The notes: a model not told the origin generated them from the letters alone. A DNA stretch of 64,000 bases from Eutreptiella sp. 'Long Island Sound 2002' (GCA_964036045.1 OZ038379.1:74834001-74898000), one strand, 5' to 3'. Counted from the first letter of the stretch, positions 51,417 to 63,760 are shown. Made by a program: numbers and translations.

Positions 51417-52447
51417 CCCCCCTCCTTAAAAGGTTTCTATGAGCCTTGTGTAGAGAAACCTCCAAGGGGTAAAAGTAACTCATGCTTTGCCCTATTTGCT
51501 TTTCCCGCTTTCAGTGTTTCGAAAAACACCCATGCTGAAAAAACAGACTTCTTGGGCAAGCAAACATAAGCAAAAGAACCAAGTATAAAATCACCTTGGT
51601 GCAAGTAAAGTGTATGGTTCAAACAACCTTAAAAGTAAGTATAGTACAACCAAACAATGGCAAGAAACGCCAGAAAACAGAAGTATTTACAGTATATACT
51701 CCTAAATATATATCACTGGGACTCTGGCAGGACTGGCAGGAAATGACAAAGGGCTTGGAAAAATCAAACATACATGACTAGAGAGGGTTAGCCACTCTCA
51801 GAGCCAACGGGGGTCTTATAATTCTTGAAGAACTTCTCCATCTCCTTGTCAAAAATCTCCAGCTCCTTGGCTGTGACTGGACGACGGTCTTTTCTTAATG
51901 ACGTCGTCGTCTGGCGACCGCTACCTTCGCTGGAGCTGTCCCACATGTCAAGTTCTTGGTGCCCTTGTTGTTGGGCTTCATAAAAATCAATTGCTTGTTG
52001 GAACTAATGTGGGGCATGGTCATACCATTTCATTGGGCTGGTTTATGGCCCATTGTCGTTGCTGGACGTCTCTGACGAACTTGTCGCAAAATATTCCGCA
52101 ATTTGCGCCGCTTCTGAACCAGAATAAGAGGCCCACCAAGCCTCATTGTCTTCGTCATGATCCATTTCTGATTTTCTTGAAGTTCTTGATGGTGCTCTTC
52201 AGTCCAAGTACTTGAGGAGGAGGTGGAGGTTGTGGAGGACATACCTGGCTGTACTGTCGCTCCAGGCCTTCCCAGGCCACGCCAGGCCGTCGACTGGTTG
52301 ATCTGCAGTCCAATCTTTGGCTTGGTGAAGAACTTTAGCTCCTTGGATTGGCTCCTTCTTGTAGCTTGTGCCAAGGGTCCACAAGCTTTGAAGAACACAA
52401 AGAACTCCAAGTTCTCCTTCAGAGCTGCATCAACTCTAGAACAATCT

Positions 52448-53508
52448 TGACGCGTATTGGTACACCCCTGGATCTTGGTTACTGAAATACTCTCCATGGG
52501 GAAGAGCTTGTGGTCTTTCAAACCCCTTTTTATAATCCTTTTTGAGGCATATGGAGCACTCCTGTGCGAGGCAATGTGAGCAGTCTTCAAGAGTCATTGT
52601 AAGAGCAAGTAAGCACAAGAGAGACCGTAATACCACACAAATACAAATTGTTCTAGGAGCTTTGCTCGCCCGATGAGACACACTCTGGTGTCCTAAGAGA
52701 CAAAGAGAGGAGAAACAAGGCAATAACTTAGGTCAATACACATGTGAACAAAGCTAAGTACCACCCCATGTGCTAAGGTTAGATTTTTAGGAAAATCACA
52801 GTAAATCAGGGCACCACAGGCCCTATGACCTGAGATTCAGGTCTTCAACGACTGTCGTCGACAGGAACTGTCCTATGGTGAACATTTCTAAGTCAGTTCT
52901 GGGTCAAACCAAGGTCAAACAAGTCAAACAAAGTCAAAAAAATGTTGAAAACATGGTTAAAACTTAAAACGTGCGTCTCCCCCCATGCGCCAGCCTAGAG
53001 GCCTTAGGGCATTCTGGCGCCACATGATATTTTTTCTGAAAATCTATGGGAGGGAACGGCCGTCGCAGCAGGCCGTCAGGAGAAAAATGCCAACATAGTG
53101 CATTTTCATGAAAAATGCAATAACATACACTACAAATCCACAATGACTCATTAAAAATTGATATAACAACAGCTTTTCTGTACCTTTTACGCACTTTCAG
53201 GCCAGTGTTGGTCAAAAAAATAATGTCGTAAAAATGACGGCGACAACTGGCGCCCGCTGCCGCACCGTTGGTTCTAATTACTTTGAAGGTTCAATGAACC
53301 TTCAAATACATTAGAAACTTCACAAACCTGAACGAACTGACTAAAATAACCATTTCCAGGCCAAGCTGGAGCTATTTCGTGCTACTACGCACCAGCTGAC
53401 ATCTGCACTGGTGTGTCGGCGAACTCCTGGAGCTTTCCTAGCTTCCAAGGAGATACTTTTACCTACCAAAATGGACCTGCATATGAGGACATGGCCCCAT
53501 ATGCATCA
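52448..53508 (+). repeat. Approx. 1.1-kb direct repeat, copy 2
   Basis: See copy 1; palindrome at 53282-53306. Confidence 0.93.
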
Positions 53509-54008
53509 ATACACAAAAAACAGTTGCAGAAGCTCCTAAAGGAACACCCTCTTTCTACCTTCGTTGCCGGTTAAATTTCATCAGAAAAGGGTTCGTTGCT
53601 TCCGCAATTTTCATGTTATACACTCGCAAAATTAATCCGATTTTTCAGACATTCGGAATCGGATTTTCGACTTCGAGGTCGCCGCACGGGATATGATGAA
53701 TTTCGAGTGGTCCTACATTTTTCCCCGATCATGAATCAACCTTCCTTTTGTTGTCTCCTTCATTTTTCTTGGAGATATAGTCGAAACAAAATTGATTCGT
53801 GAGGCCACTTTGAAGAATCATATCTCCGGCTCATTGCGAGGAATTTCAATTTTGAGGTATGAGCTGGTATCGCCTTGGTCTCAACTTATCTTAGGAAGCA
53901 TAAAACGCCTTTGATGTGTACACATGACCGGTGTAGCAAGAAACAATGGTCAAGAGGGTAGAAAGTGATTTATAACTCTTGGACCATGCAACCGAATATT
54001 TTTATGCG

Positions 54009-54034
54009 ACTTTCTGAGTGTCTATTTTTTTTCG
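54009..54034 (+). other. Complete euglenid spliced-leader exon (SL relic), not an SL RNA gene
   Basis: ACTTTCTGAGTGTCTATTTTTTTTCG, 26/26 to the Euglena gracilis SL as I recall it. It is followed by GGCTTC rather than a GT donor. Confidence 0.9.
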
Positions 54035-54300
54035 GGCTTCTTTTTCCTTATTCTATTGGTGCAATTCTATGTACATGCCCAACGCCCGTGTCTCCGTGTG
54101 CACCGTGAGATGACCGGCGTGTTAGAAGGAGTTGTTGAGTGTCAACGCGGGACCTCAAACATCCTTGGAAGCCCTCAGTTCGAATCATTTGGATTGGAGC
54201 TATTGTACTTGGGAGTTGGTTATTGCAAGGGATCTGGATTTGTGTGAAGGAGCCATATTTTACTATTTTTGTGGGAAATCGTGCAGGATAGGGCAAGATC

Positions 54301-57300
54301 ATGCAGAACCTGGTGAGAAGCAAGACCATAGGAGTGACGGGAAATGGTGGAAGGGGTACAGCAGGGGCCGGTCCTGGTAGGGACCTTCTTTATGGTAGCA
54401 GAGGATTACCTGCCCCCTACCGCCGCACCGGGGACTTGGGCCCTCATGAGCCCTGCCCAAGGACGCCCCGGGTGCAGATCATGGAGTCCGTGGAGTCGAC
54501 GCCGGACTTGGAAGCCCGAGAAGAGCGAAGATGCTCAGGACGGAGAGCCCTTGCAGGACAGGGGCTAGACATGGAGGACCTGGCCTCCATGTGTGAAAGG
54601 CAATGCCGCAAGGCTTGCAATCTCCGCTCCGCTGTGGAGGAGTTGGAGGAGACTGGCAGCAACGGCACAGCCCGGCGTTACCGGAAGCGCGGGTCCCCAA
54701 AACCCGCGGCGGAAGCCAGGGCGATGGAGACGGATCCCAGCTCGGTCAGGCTGTGGTCAGCTGCAGATTCCGAGGGGCATTCCGATGGCTATCGGACCGC
54801 TTTCCCTTCGGAGTCGGAGGAGATGGCCATACCGCCAACAAGGGCGAACACGGCCCCCGAACCCAGCCTGGAGCATGACGCCGAGGCGTTGGAGAGGCCT
54901 GCCAGAGCCAGAACGGCGCCTGTGGCCCGGCACACGGAGCCAAAGCGGGATAACATGGGCGACACACCCATGGCGGAGGAGTCCGAGGCGCCGGGAACCG
55001 TGGGATGCGCCGGATCAGGTGGATAGCACGGTGAGTGCCACTGCGAGCACGTATCCTTCCTCATCGGCAAGTATCCAAAGATGGGGATGGACGCCATCGT
55101 GCAAGACCTCCACCGACTGGACAACCAGAAGAACGGCCTAGAGGAGGACATCCCGGGGATCCTGGATGACCAGTCAGAAGCGGGGAGAGACATGGCGGAG
55201 CTGCGAGCGGAGCAGGACCGGTACCGGGAGAAGCTGGAGATGGCCCTGCAGAAGCAGCAGCGAGTGGTGGACAACCTCCTCCACCTGGTGGAGGACATGT
55301 CGGGACGCCTGAAAAGGCTAGAGGAGTTACAACCCCTCGCCTCGGGTCCGGAGCTCCCGGCAACGCCGGCAACGGCAGAGCTGGTGGAGCGGGTTAAGAC
55401 CCTCAGGAGCGCCATGGAAAAACCCATGGGCGGCCCTGCGGAGGCACCTTACGCGCCTCCGCGTGTTGACCCGGGTGCGCTGCTGTTTGTTCCCATGTTC
55501 AGCGAATCCATAATGCTCGGGGAGCATACGGCACCGGCTGGGTCCATGCGGGAAGAGCACGCAACCACGGACCTGAGGAGCCTGACGGTACAGATGTCCC
55601 ATGCCGTCCAGGATCCACCGACCACTACGGCTGCCCATGCAGTTTATGCGGAAGATGGGATCCAGACCATGCAGGGGCGAACCATGGGAAGGGCCGACGG
55701 ACATGGTCGAGGCCATCCAGGCGGAAACCTGTGGGTGAAGGACCCCACTACGGGGATATGGACAGCCGGTGGAGCAAGTCCTTCCCGCATCCCAAACCCC
55801 ATGGGTTCAGGCCCAACTGGACCACACACCATCGAGGAGAGGGAGGTACGGGGAGTGTACTCACACCCCCCGGCCACAGGTGGTATCCGTCTCGGTGGAG
55901 TGGTGGCTGCAGCCGTCGGAGACGCCATCAGGATTGACGACCTCAGGGGAATCAAAATCCCCTATCACGATGGCAACCCCTCCAACCTGGATGACTTCAT
56001 CCTGGATTGGGAGGACTTCGCCGAGGAGGTCGTCGGCGAGATGAAGGGAGCGCCAAGGGACAAGTGGGTATGTCGGACATTCCCACACAGGCTGGCGCAA
56101 GACCTGAAGGAGGAGCTCAGGGATCAGATCCGCGAGGGATGGATCCAGACGGAGCAGGCCTGCCTCCAGTGGCTGGAGGACGAGGAGCGAGTGGACGCCC
56201 CCAGTCAGAAAATGGAGGATTTGTGGTCCATTCCGCTGCCGCTGGAGCGCGGGGAGTTGAGGGTCCGGGTATGGAATTGGTATATCCGCAAGTACCGAAG
56301 AAGCCTCAAGCTTGTGGAGGACTGGAACGAGTCCAGCGAGATCCGACACCTGCTGAAGGACGTCCTCCCCGGCCACTGGAAGAGGAGGGTGGAGGACGAG
56401 GAGAAGAAAAGAGCAAAGAAGCGCGTGGCCGTACGGATCATGGCATCGGAGGACACCCACGCCGGAATAATGGAGTTTTTCTGGCGAAACCTCGGCGAGC
56501 CCAGCCGAATGTTGGGGTTGAAGAACGCCGTCTACGTGGAGGTATTTGGCGACACCATGGGGCAAAGGCTGATGCGCCTCAAAAACGCGGAGTGGACGCG
56601 CGGAGAGCTGCTGAGGATGCAGGTCATCTTCGCCCGCATGAGCCTGGACGAGATCGTGAAGTACATCACGGTGGAGCTGAAGCTCAACGCCAAGAACGAG
56701 GCCCACGTGCAGGATCGACAGGGCCAAGGACATCGAGGTCATCGGGAAGATCGTCAACACCGAGAGGTCAAGGAGGACACGGTCGGCACCGCGGAGGAAG
56801 GGAATGGAAGCGGCCAAGGTCTCTGGACCGCGACCACCCGAGAGGATCAAGAAGAAGCCCACTTCTTCGCGTTCGTAGCGCACAATATGAAGGGGCATGG
56901 GCAGGACAGGTCCAGGTGGAGCCGCCTGGACCCAAGGACCAAAAACCGCAGAGAACCGCGGAGGATCGGGAACCCGCCGCTCTCGTTCCGCGAGTACAGA
57001 TCACAACACGACGGTTGCTGGGTCTGCTACGGCAAGGGGAACAACCATGCACATGACCACCGGCATTGCAAGGTATATGAGGATGACAAGAAGACCTACT
57101 TCGCCGCCCATCCCAACAAGAAGCCCAAGGAGCAACGAATTGCCGATTGGAAGGCAAAGGGCGGAGACGGTGGAAATGGCCAAGGAAAAGGCCAAGGGAA
57201 AGGCCGAGGAAAAGGCGATGGTGGAGGAGCCGGCCCAGACCGACGTGTGAGGTCGATCGAGGAGGTTGCTGAGGACATGTTGAGGACGTCGGAGGAACTC

Positions 57301-57372
57301 AAAGCCCAGCAACGCGGTGGACAAAGTCGGGGCGAATCGCAGCAGGAGGGAGCTGCGGCAGGCCACGTCTAG
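54301..57372 (+). pseudogene. gag: gag of element B (one internal TAG at 55024-55026)
   Basis: ORFs 54301-55026 and 55081-57372 share a frame. Coiled coil, capsid-like region (IPYHDGNPSNLDDFILDWEDF) and atypical knuckle CWVCYGKGNNHAHDHRHC. Confidence 0.85.
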
Positions 57373-60300
57373 AGGAGCCCCCACGGGAGTGGGACCCCGG
57401 ACGCCTCTCCTCCGAAAATCAGTGGAATCCTAGAGAAAGCGAAGGCACATCGGGTGCCTAAGAAGGCTCCTGAAGAGCCAAAACCACTGAGTTTCGCCAC
57501 TCCCAACCCCTGGAGCGCCCTGCCAAGGGAAGTGTATGTGGGCAAGGGACGTGGCAAGAAAGAAGGAGCGACCACGGAGAGCCCCGTGGACGGGCAGGAC
57601 CAGCCCAAGATCTACACCATCCGTGACCATACCCTCGAAGTCCTGATGCACCCGGATGTGCTAGAGTTGCATGCCGTGAGAGTCGTCCATACACCGCATG
57701 GTGACGAGCGGCAGTTGCACTTGAAGGTGCGTGTACGGTGCGGACAAGAGGAGTTGGTGGTGGATGTTTTGGTGGATACGGGTGCCCAGGTGAGCCTGGT
57801 CTGGAGAGGGTTGTTCAAGGAGGAATCCCTGCAGCCCAGCCGTAGACCGGTACGTCTGAAGGTGGCCAATGGAGAGATCCTGGGTGGTGGCACCCATGAG
57901 GCCACTATCAGTATGGAATTCTGGGAGCATGAGCGCTTGAACCGCCCTGATTTGGCGAAGAGAAGCACTCTACCCGGGAACTTCTATGTGGCCGACATTA
58001 CAGATTGGGATATGATCATGGGGTACGACTTCATGGTGGGAAACGCCATTGGAGCCCTTCCCCATCGTGCAACGCTGGTCCGGGAGGATGGTGAAAGCCT
58101 TACATGGCTGTCCACGGACTATGCATGCGGATCATCCCAATGGAGTGCTGAGGAAGAGGATCGGATCGTCCAAGCGGTGCAAGCTGTGGGTGCCAGGTCC
58201 AGAGGAGACCGCGGAGTTCAGCTCACGGAGTATGGAATGGCGCCGCAGGTGTATGCCAGGATGATCCAGACGCTGGGAGCCGAAGCGCCCGAGACGGACG
58301 TCTTCGCTTCCCGGGATGCCCCACTTTTGCGGAAGTGTAGGAGGCATTGGCATCGAGGAGACTCAGCCTGGCACAGGCATTGGGGTTTGAAGGACTGGGG
58401 GCCCATGTATTGGCATGGCTCCTTGGAAAATACCACACGTACGGTGGAGAAGATCGTCGCGGATAGGGCGAAGGGGATCCTGGTAATAACCGGCATAGGA
58501 TCCACCCCATGTCCGCTGGAAGGTCTCAAGTCGACGATGGATTCCATCACCCTGAACTAGATGTCATTCGGGCCAGAGGAGGAGTTGTTCATGGACGCCA
58601 AGGGTTTATCAATGCCCTCCCCGGGTCAAGCGTGGGGCACCAAGGCTTTCCTGGTGGATGGGGCGCAAGCCCAGCCCACGGGTGATGAAGCATTCATCCG
58701 TAGGGTTGACGTCCTGTCCCACGCCGAGATCGACCACGTCGTCAACTACATGCGGATGGGGATGCACGACCGTGTGGCAGCCAAGAAGAGGCGGGCCATG
58801 GTCACATCTCCGCATTGGTGGGATGAGAAGAGGTTGGTCACCGGCAAGTACGAGAAGGATGAGTTCGTGGCGAGGGTCATGGATCACATCGCGGACCAAT
58901 ATGATGGTCCGGTTGGGTCGGACCCGCCGACGTGGGATTTTCCAAGAATGGGGGCCCGTAGCGACAAGAACTCGGCTGATGCCGCAAATTTCCGAAGATT
59001 ATCGGTGGGAAGAGCTCCCCACGACGATGAAGACGGCATATCAAACGAGGAGAAGTCGGACTCGGACCCGGAAGAGGCCTATACCGCAGTGCGGTCGGTT
59101 GTATCGATACCGAAGCAAGCGGCTGAAGAGGCCCAGGAGAACCCGAAGGTCGCCGAGCTGAAGGGGAGGCTGATAAATGCCTATCCGCGGCTATTCAGTG
59201 GCGTCGCCAACAAGAACCCTGCATATCGTGGGAGGTTTGGCACAGCGAGGATCAAGCTGAAGCCGAACCCCAAGATCTATCGTCATCGGGAGTACCAACT
59301 TCAGGGCGATCGGGCCAAGGCCATGAAGAAGTTGTTGGCCGAGTTTATTGAGCGGGGCTGGATCGAGCCCTCCGACAGTGAGTGGGCCAGCCCAGCCTTT
59401 ATCGTGCCCAACAAGGAGAAGGGCGAGTGGAAGTTGGTGGTTGATTACAGGGGTTTGAACGAGCAAACGGAGCACGACTCGTACTCGCTTCCGCTGATCG
59501 ACACCATCCTCCAAAAACAACAAAAAAAGCGGATCTTCACGGTGTTAGACTTGAAACACGGCTATCACCAGATGCCGCTACACCCGGACTCCAGGCCCTG
59601 CACAGCGATGTCGACGCCGCTGGGGCCCATGCAGTGGAAAGTGGTGCCTATGGGCGCCAAGAATGGCAACGCCGCTTTCCAGCGCATGATGGAGGACCTA
59701 CTCGGTCCTGTCCGGGACTGTGCCGACCCCTTTGTGATTGACATCATCATCGGGTCCGGCACGGAAAACACGACTGAGGACGAGCTCATTGAAGCGCATG
59801 AGAAGGATCTGCGCCGAGTGCTTAGCGAGCTGGCCAAGCACAACATGGTGTGTAAGCCCACCAAAGCCTGACTCTTCGTGAAGGAAGTGGAGTTTGCGGG
59901 TCACGTGGTTGGTCACGGGCAACGCCGTCCCATGCCTGGGAAGCTGGTGTCCCTGCACCACTGGGAGAAGCCCCAGACCGTCAGCGAACTCCGATCCTTC
60001 ATGGGGTTCTGCAACTACTATTCGGGCTATGTCCGGATGTATGCAGAACTGTCGGGGCCGCTGCACAAGATGCTGCACGTGGGCAAGTTCGATGGCCGGA
60101 AGGGGAGCAAGAAGAAGCTTGCCTGGACCCCTGAGGCCGAAGATGCGTTCAGCCGCCTGAAGGAGCGACTCCTGGGGCAACTGGGGCTATTCCTGGTGGA
60201 CCCGGACAAGGGATTTGTGCTACGGACGGACGCCTCGGACTATGCTGTAGGGGCAGTCCTCGAGCAGGTCCGGGATGACGGGTCGCACGTACCCGTGGCG

Positions 60301-62373
60301 TTTTGGAGCCGGATCCTGGCCGAGGGCCAACGTCGAACCTCGACCGCGAGGGAGAAGGAGACGTACGCCATTGTTTGTGCGCTCAGGAAGTGGTCTGGCC
60401 ACATCGGATTACAACCGGTGGTGGTTTGTGCGGACCATCAGTCCTTACAGAGCTGGCACAAGGAGCACGTTGACACCCCCTCGGGACCGGCGGCAAGGAG
60501 GGCCTGATGGCATGAGACGTTCGCCAAGTTGGACCTCAGCATCGTATATGTCCCGGGGAAGGACAACACTGTGGCCGATTGCCTCAGTCGATGGGCCTAC
60601 CCCGCGGGAAAGGCATGGATGGACATATCCAGCCATGGGGACGCCGAGGAGACCGAGGAGGCCAAGCGCATCATCGAGATGGAGAAGGCCATGGAGCAAG
60701 AGGGGGTCAAGTGCTTTGTGGTGATGGCAAACCGTACAGACCTGGCCAAGTTCCGGGGTGCCCGAGTCCAAGCTATTCGAGAGGAAACCCTCGAGCAATG
60801 GATGGTGGCCCCTGTAGAGCTAGTCAGGTCGGTGCTTACAGAAGACTGGTCGGATGACTATGCGGCATCCAAGCACTGGGGGAGGTACTGGAATGCCGTG
60901 AGCGCCCCTACGGACGACGAATGGCCTGAGGGCTTGACCGAGGATGGGGACAAATTATTCCTCAAGGACAAGCTATTGGTCCCTGAGAACCGAATGGAGG
61001 AGCTCATTGACCACTGGCATAACGCCCAGCTCATGCATCCTGGTCGGGACAAGATGCAGCAGGACCTAGAGTGGCGCCTCAAGTTCCCACCGGGGTACTA
61101 CGCCATCTTGGACAAGTACTGCGGCGACTGCGCCGTGTGTCGGGCCACAAAAAGCCCTAACCATTCCACAGCGGGTAACCCGGTGTATACGGCTATACCG
61201 GAGGCCCCTATGCGGTCCGTGGCCATCGATGTATTCGCCATGCCTGAGGTCACCGTGGAAGGAGAGACCTACGACTGTGTCATTCTGGCGGTGGATAGGC
61301 ACAGCGGGTATATCGTGGCGGTCCCTGGCAAGAAGTCCAAGAAGAAGGACAAGAAGGACAAGCATGGAGTGGGTCTGCAGGCCAAGACCGTCGCTAATGC
61401 CATGATCAGACATTGGCTGGCGATTTTTGATGTCCCAGCTGTCATCTGCAGCGATCGGAGCAATCAATTTGTGGGGACGTGGTTCAAGACGATGTGCAAG
61501 CACATGGGGATTCGGCACGCCAAGACCGTGGCGTACCACAGCCGGTCGAATGGCCGGGCTGAGGTGGCTGGGCGGCAGATGTTCAAAAAGTTCCGCCAGC
61601 TGCATATTGACGAACCGGGCCGGAATCGGTACAATTCGCTGTGGAGAGTACTCCAGGCGTACCACGACCTTCCGGGGCCCACTGGACTGTCGCCCAATCG
61701 TATCCTGTTCCTACGGGATCGAGTGTCAGGCACTCTCCCGTGGTTGAACCATGGCAAAGTGGCCCGGGATGCGAGTGCTATGATGGCTGAGGCGGACGAC
61801 ACGGCGGCCAAGGTGTGCAAAGCACTTCAGGACGAGCACGAGAAGAGGGCCAAGTACTTCAAGCAGGGAAAAGTCCAGAAATATGCTCTCAGAGACACCG
61901 TATGGGTGGAGCGGCACCACAAGGATGTCCTGTCCAGGCATCGGCAGGCGTCTTGGTATGTGCCGGGGGTAATCGTGCGGAGAGTCGGGCAGGATGTGTA
62001 TGCGGTTCGTGTGGGGGATAACAAGATCCTGGACCGCGACCATACCCCGCTTCGTCCCCGAGCACTAGACCCCAGCGGACGTCCCGTCACCTTCGAGTTC
62101 ACAGCCGGCGATGTGGACTCGGATGACGAGGGTGAGGACGACGACTTCACCGCTGAGAGGATCCTGATGGACAAGCCGGACCCGGGGACGCCTCGGGGGA
62201 GGCTATATAAAGTCCGTTGGAAGGGATTCGCCGCATCCAGGGATTCGTGGGAGCCTCCGAGCAGTTTTGTGCCGAGGTATACCACGGTCTGGATGGATTA
62301 TCTAAGGAAAAAGAACATTTCCTTGGATGTCAAGGACGTGTTGGTCCATTTGGTGGCTGCAGCAGCACCGTGA
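57373..62373 (+). pseudogene. pol: pol of element B (PR, MTase-like, RT, RNase H, integrase, chromodomain); stops at 58560, 59871 and 60507
   Basis: VDTGA (Asp 57775); WASPAFIV, VDYRGLN, LDLKHGYHQ; YxDD site reads FVID (59731-59742); TDASDYAVG, REKE, ADHQSL; H...H...CAVC, VAIDV, D-x35-E (SDRSNQF...NGRAE); chromodomain AERIL...YKVRWKGF...SWEP. Confidence 0.95.
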
Positions 62374-62754
62374 TGGATCCACCTTGGCATTTTGTTTGTT
62401 TTTGTGCTTGGGAGACGGGTGAGGGCGTTCATCCGGGGATTTTTGGGCCTTCATTGGCCATAGACCCCCTTCACTCGATCTCCACATATATATTTCATTG
62501 TGGTATACTTATTTAGGTCGACCGACGACGTATCTCTATCTTTGATCCCCTTGGTCCATGTTGTAGATCAAGAGGAGACCGGATATGGCGGAGGGCACCG
62601 ATTATGAGTGTCCTCACCCCTCCCTTGGGGCATGGGGGACGCCTACGCCGTATGTGGGGCCTCCATGTGTCCTTGGGACATGGCGGGGGGGGTTGGAGCC
62701 CATTGGGTTCCTCCCGTCCTCTCTTCAATGACTTCTGAGCAGATACAACGCTCT

Positions 62755-62765
62755 GAGAAGGGGGG
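62755..62765 (+). other. Polypurine tract of element B
   Basis: GAGAAGGGGGG immediately followed by TGAAG, about 390 bp after the pol stop. Confidence 0.65.
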
Positions 62766-63033
62766 TGAAGCCTGTTCGGACCCCCGTGGCCATCTTTGGG
62801 TCACTTGGGGTGTGTATCTATGGGCCGGCAAGCCGCCATTGGCTGTTATCATACTCTCCCATCCTGACCTAACCTGATGTGATAGTGTGATAGGCTTGGC
62901 CATTCCAGCTATGAGCGGCAATACTCAATACCGAGGCGCCGCCGGCTGAGATTTATATATCAGCATTATCTTGAAGCGGTATCGTGGGGCCTCGCGGAGC
63001 GTGAGGCCTTCGACCCTTGAGACTCACGGTACA
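62766..63033 (+). repeat. Putative 3' LTR of element B (end uncertain: CA at 63026 or 63033)
   Basis: Starts with TG directly after the PPT and contains TTTATATA. No second copy is available in the window to confirm it. Confidence 0.45.
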
Positions 63034-63760
63034 CTGCGCTGAACTTGTTTCTTTGATCTCTGCCTTGCACTGATTTTCTCTTTCTTGCACCACTGTTTTT
63101 TCTGCCATTTTGCTATCACAGCTTGTCTTGGCCTTGCTTTGCTTTGACGTGAGAAAAACAAGATGCCGATCCCTTAGTATTTCTGCATACCTTGCCGCCG
63201 CACTCTTGGTCCTGCTTTGCTTTCACGTGAGAAAAGCTGAACACCTTGCGAGCTTTTTGAACCACAGGTTGATTTTGATAATAAAATATCCTGCTGCTCG
63301 TTGCATGCAAACACACAAAACCCTTTGATCGTCCAAACCCTGCTGGCACCCAATGGCAAACGCAGCGCACCAAATCCACAGGTGGGCTAACCTGTATCGA
63401 GGGTTTCTTTCAGTGAATCCATCATAGGCTGAGACCTTCCTTGCTGTACCACGTACAGTTTTCAGTTTCCGCGATGCTGAGCGCCATAGGCCAGTAGCCG
63501 TAGGCCCTCAACGAGGGCACTCTTGCCACGATGCTAAGCGCCGCCGGTGTATTTCACGACCTTTGGCCCTCAACGAGGGCGTTGCTTGCGTCCACGATGC
63601 CCTGGCATGTTGCCCCAGGACGAGGGATGCGGCGTTCAGGCCAGTGTCGGCCTACAAAAAATTCTGAGAACCTTGGACGGTCCTCCCATATGACACAAAC
63701 CTGAACGTCAACGACAAACAGATTCCGTAACAAACAGAGTTAACATACACGACGCAAATC

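Larger units (their letters stand above)
54009..63033 (+). mobile_element. Ty3/gypsy chromodomain retrotransposon B, near full-length, lacking a 5' LTR
   Basis: gag-PR-MTase-like-RT-RH-IN-chromo lie in one frame (54301-62373). PPT and a TG-starting putative 3' LTR follow. No match to that LTR upstream of gag. The right end is approximate. Confidence 0.93.

Noticed and set aside
53800-53890. 5' LTR and primer-binding site (TGGTATCGCC near 53865) for element B
   Set aside because: Not preceded by CA and no alignment to 62766-63033 beyond short words.
54009-54130. Spliced-leader RNA gene
   Set aside because: The exon is followed by GG, not the GT donor and SL intron, and there is no tandem SL or 5S context.
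55861-57157. Overlapping or antisense ORFs (345, 349 and 129 aa) within gag
   Set aside because: Typical shadow ORFs of GC-rich coding DNA with no motifs.
54301-62373. Stop-codon reassignment explaining the in-frame stops
   Set aside because: The stops replace different residues (Trp as TAG, Arg as TGA), are rare, and the RT active site is also damaged (FVID); mutation is the simpler explanation.
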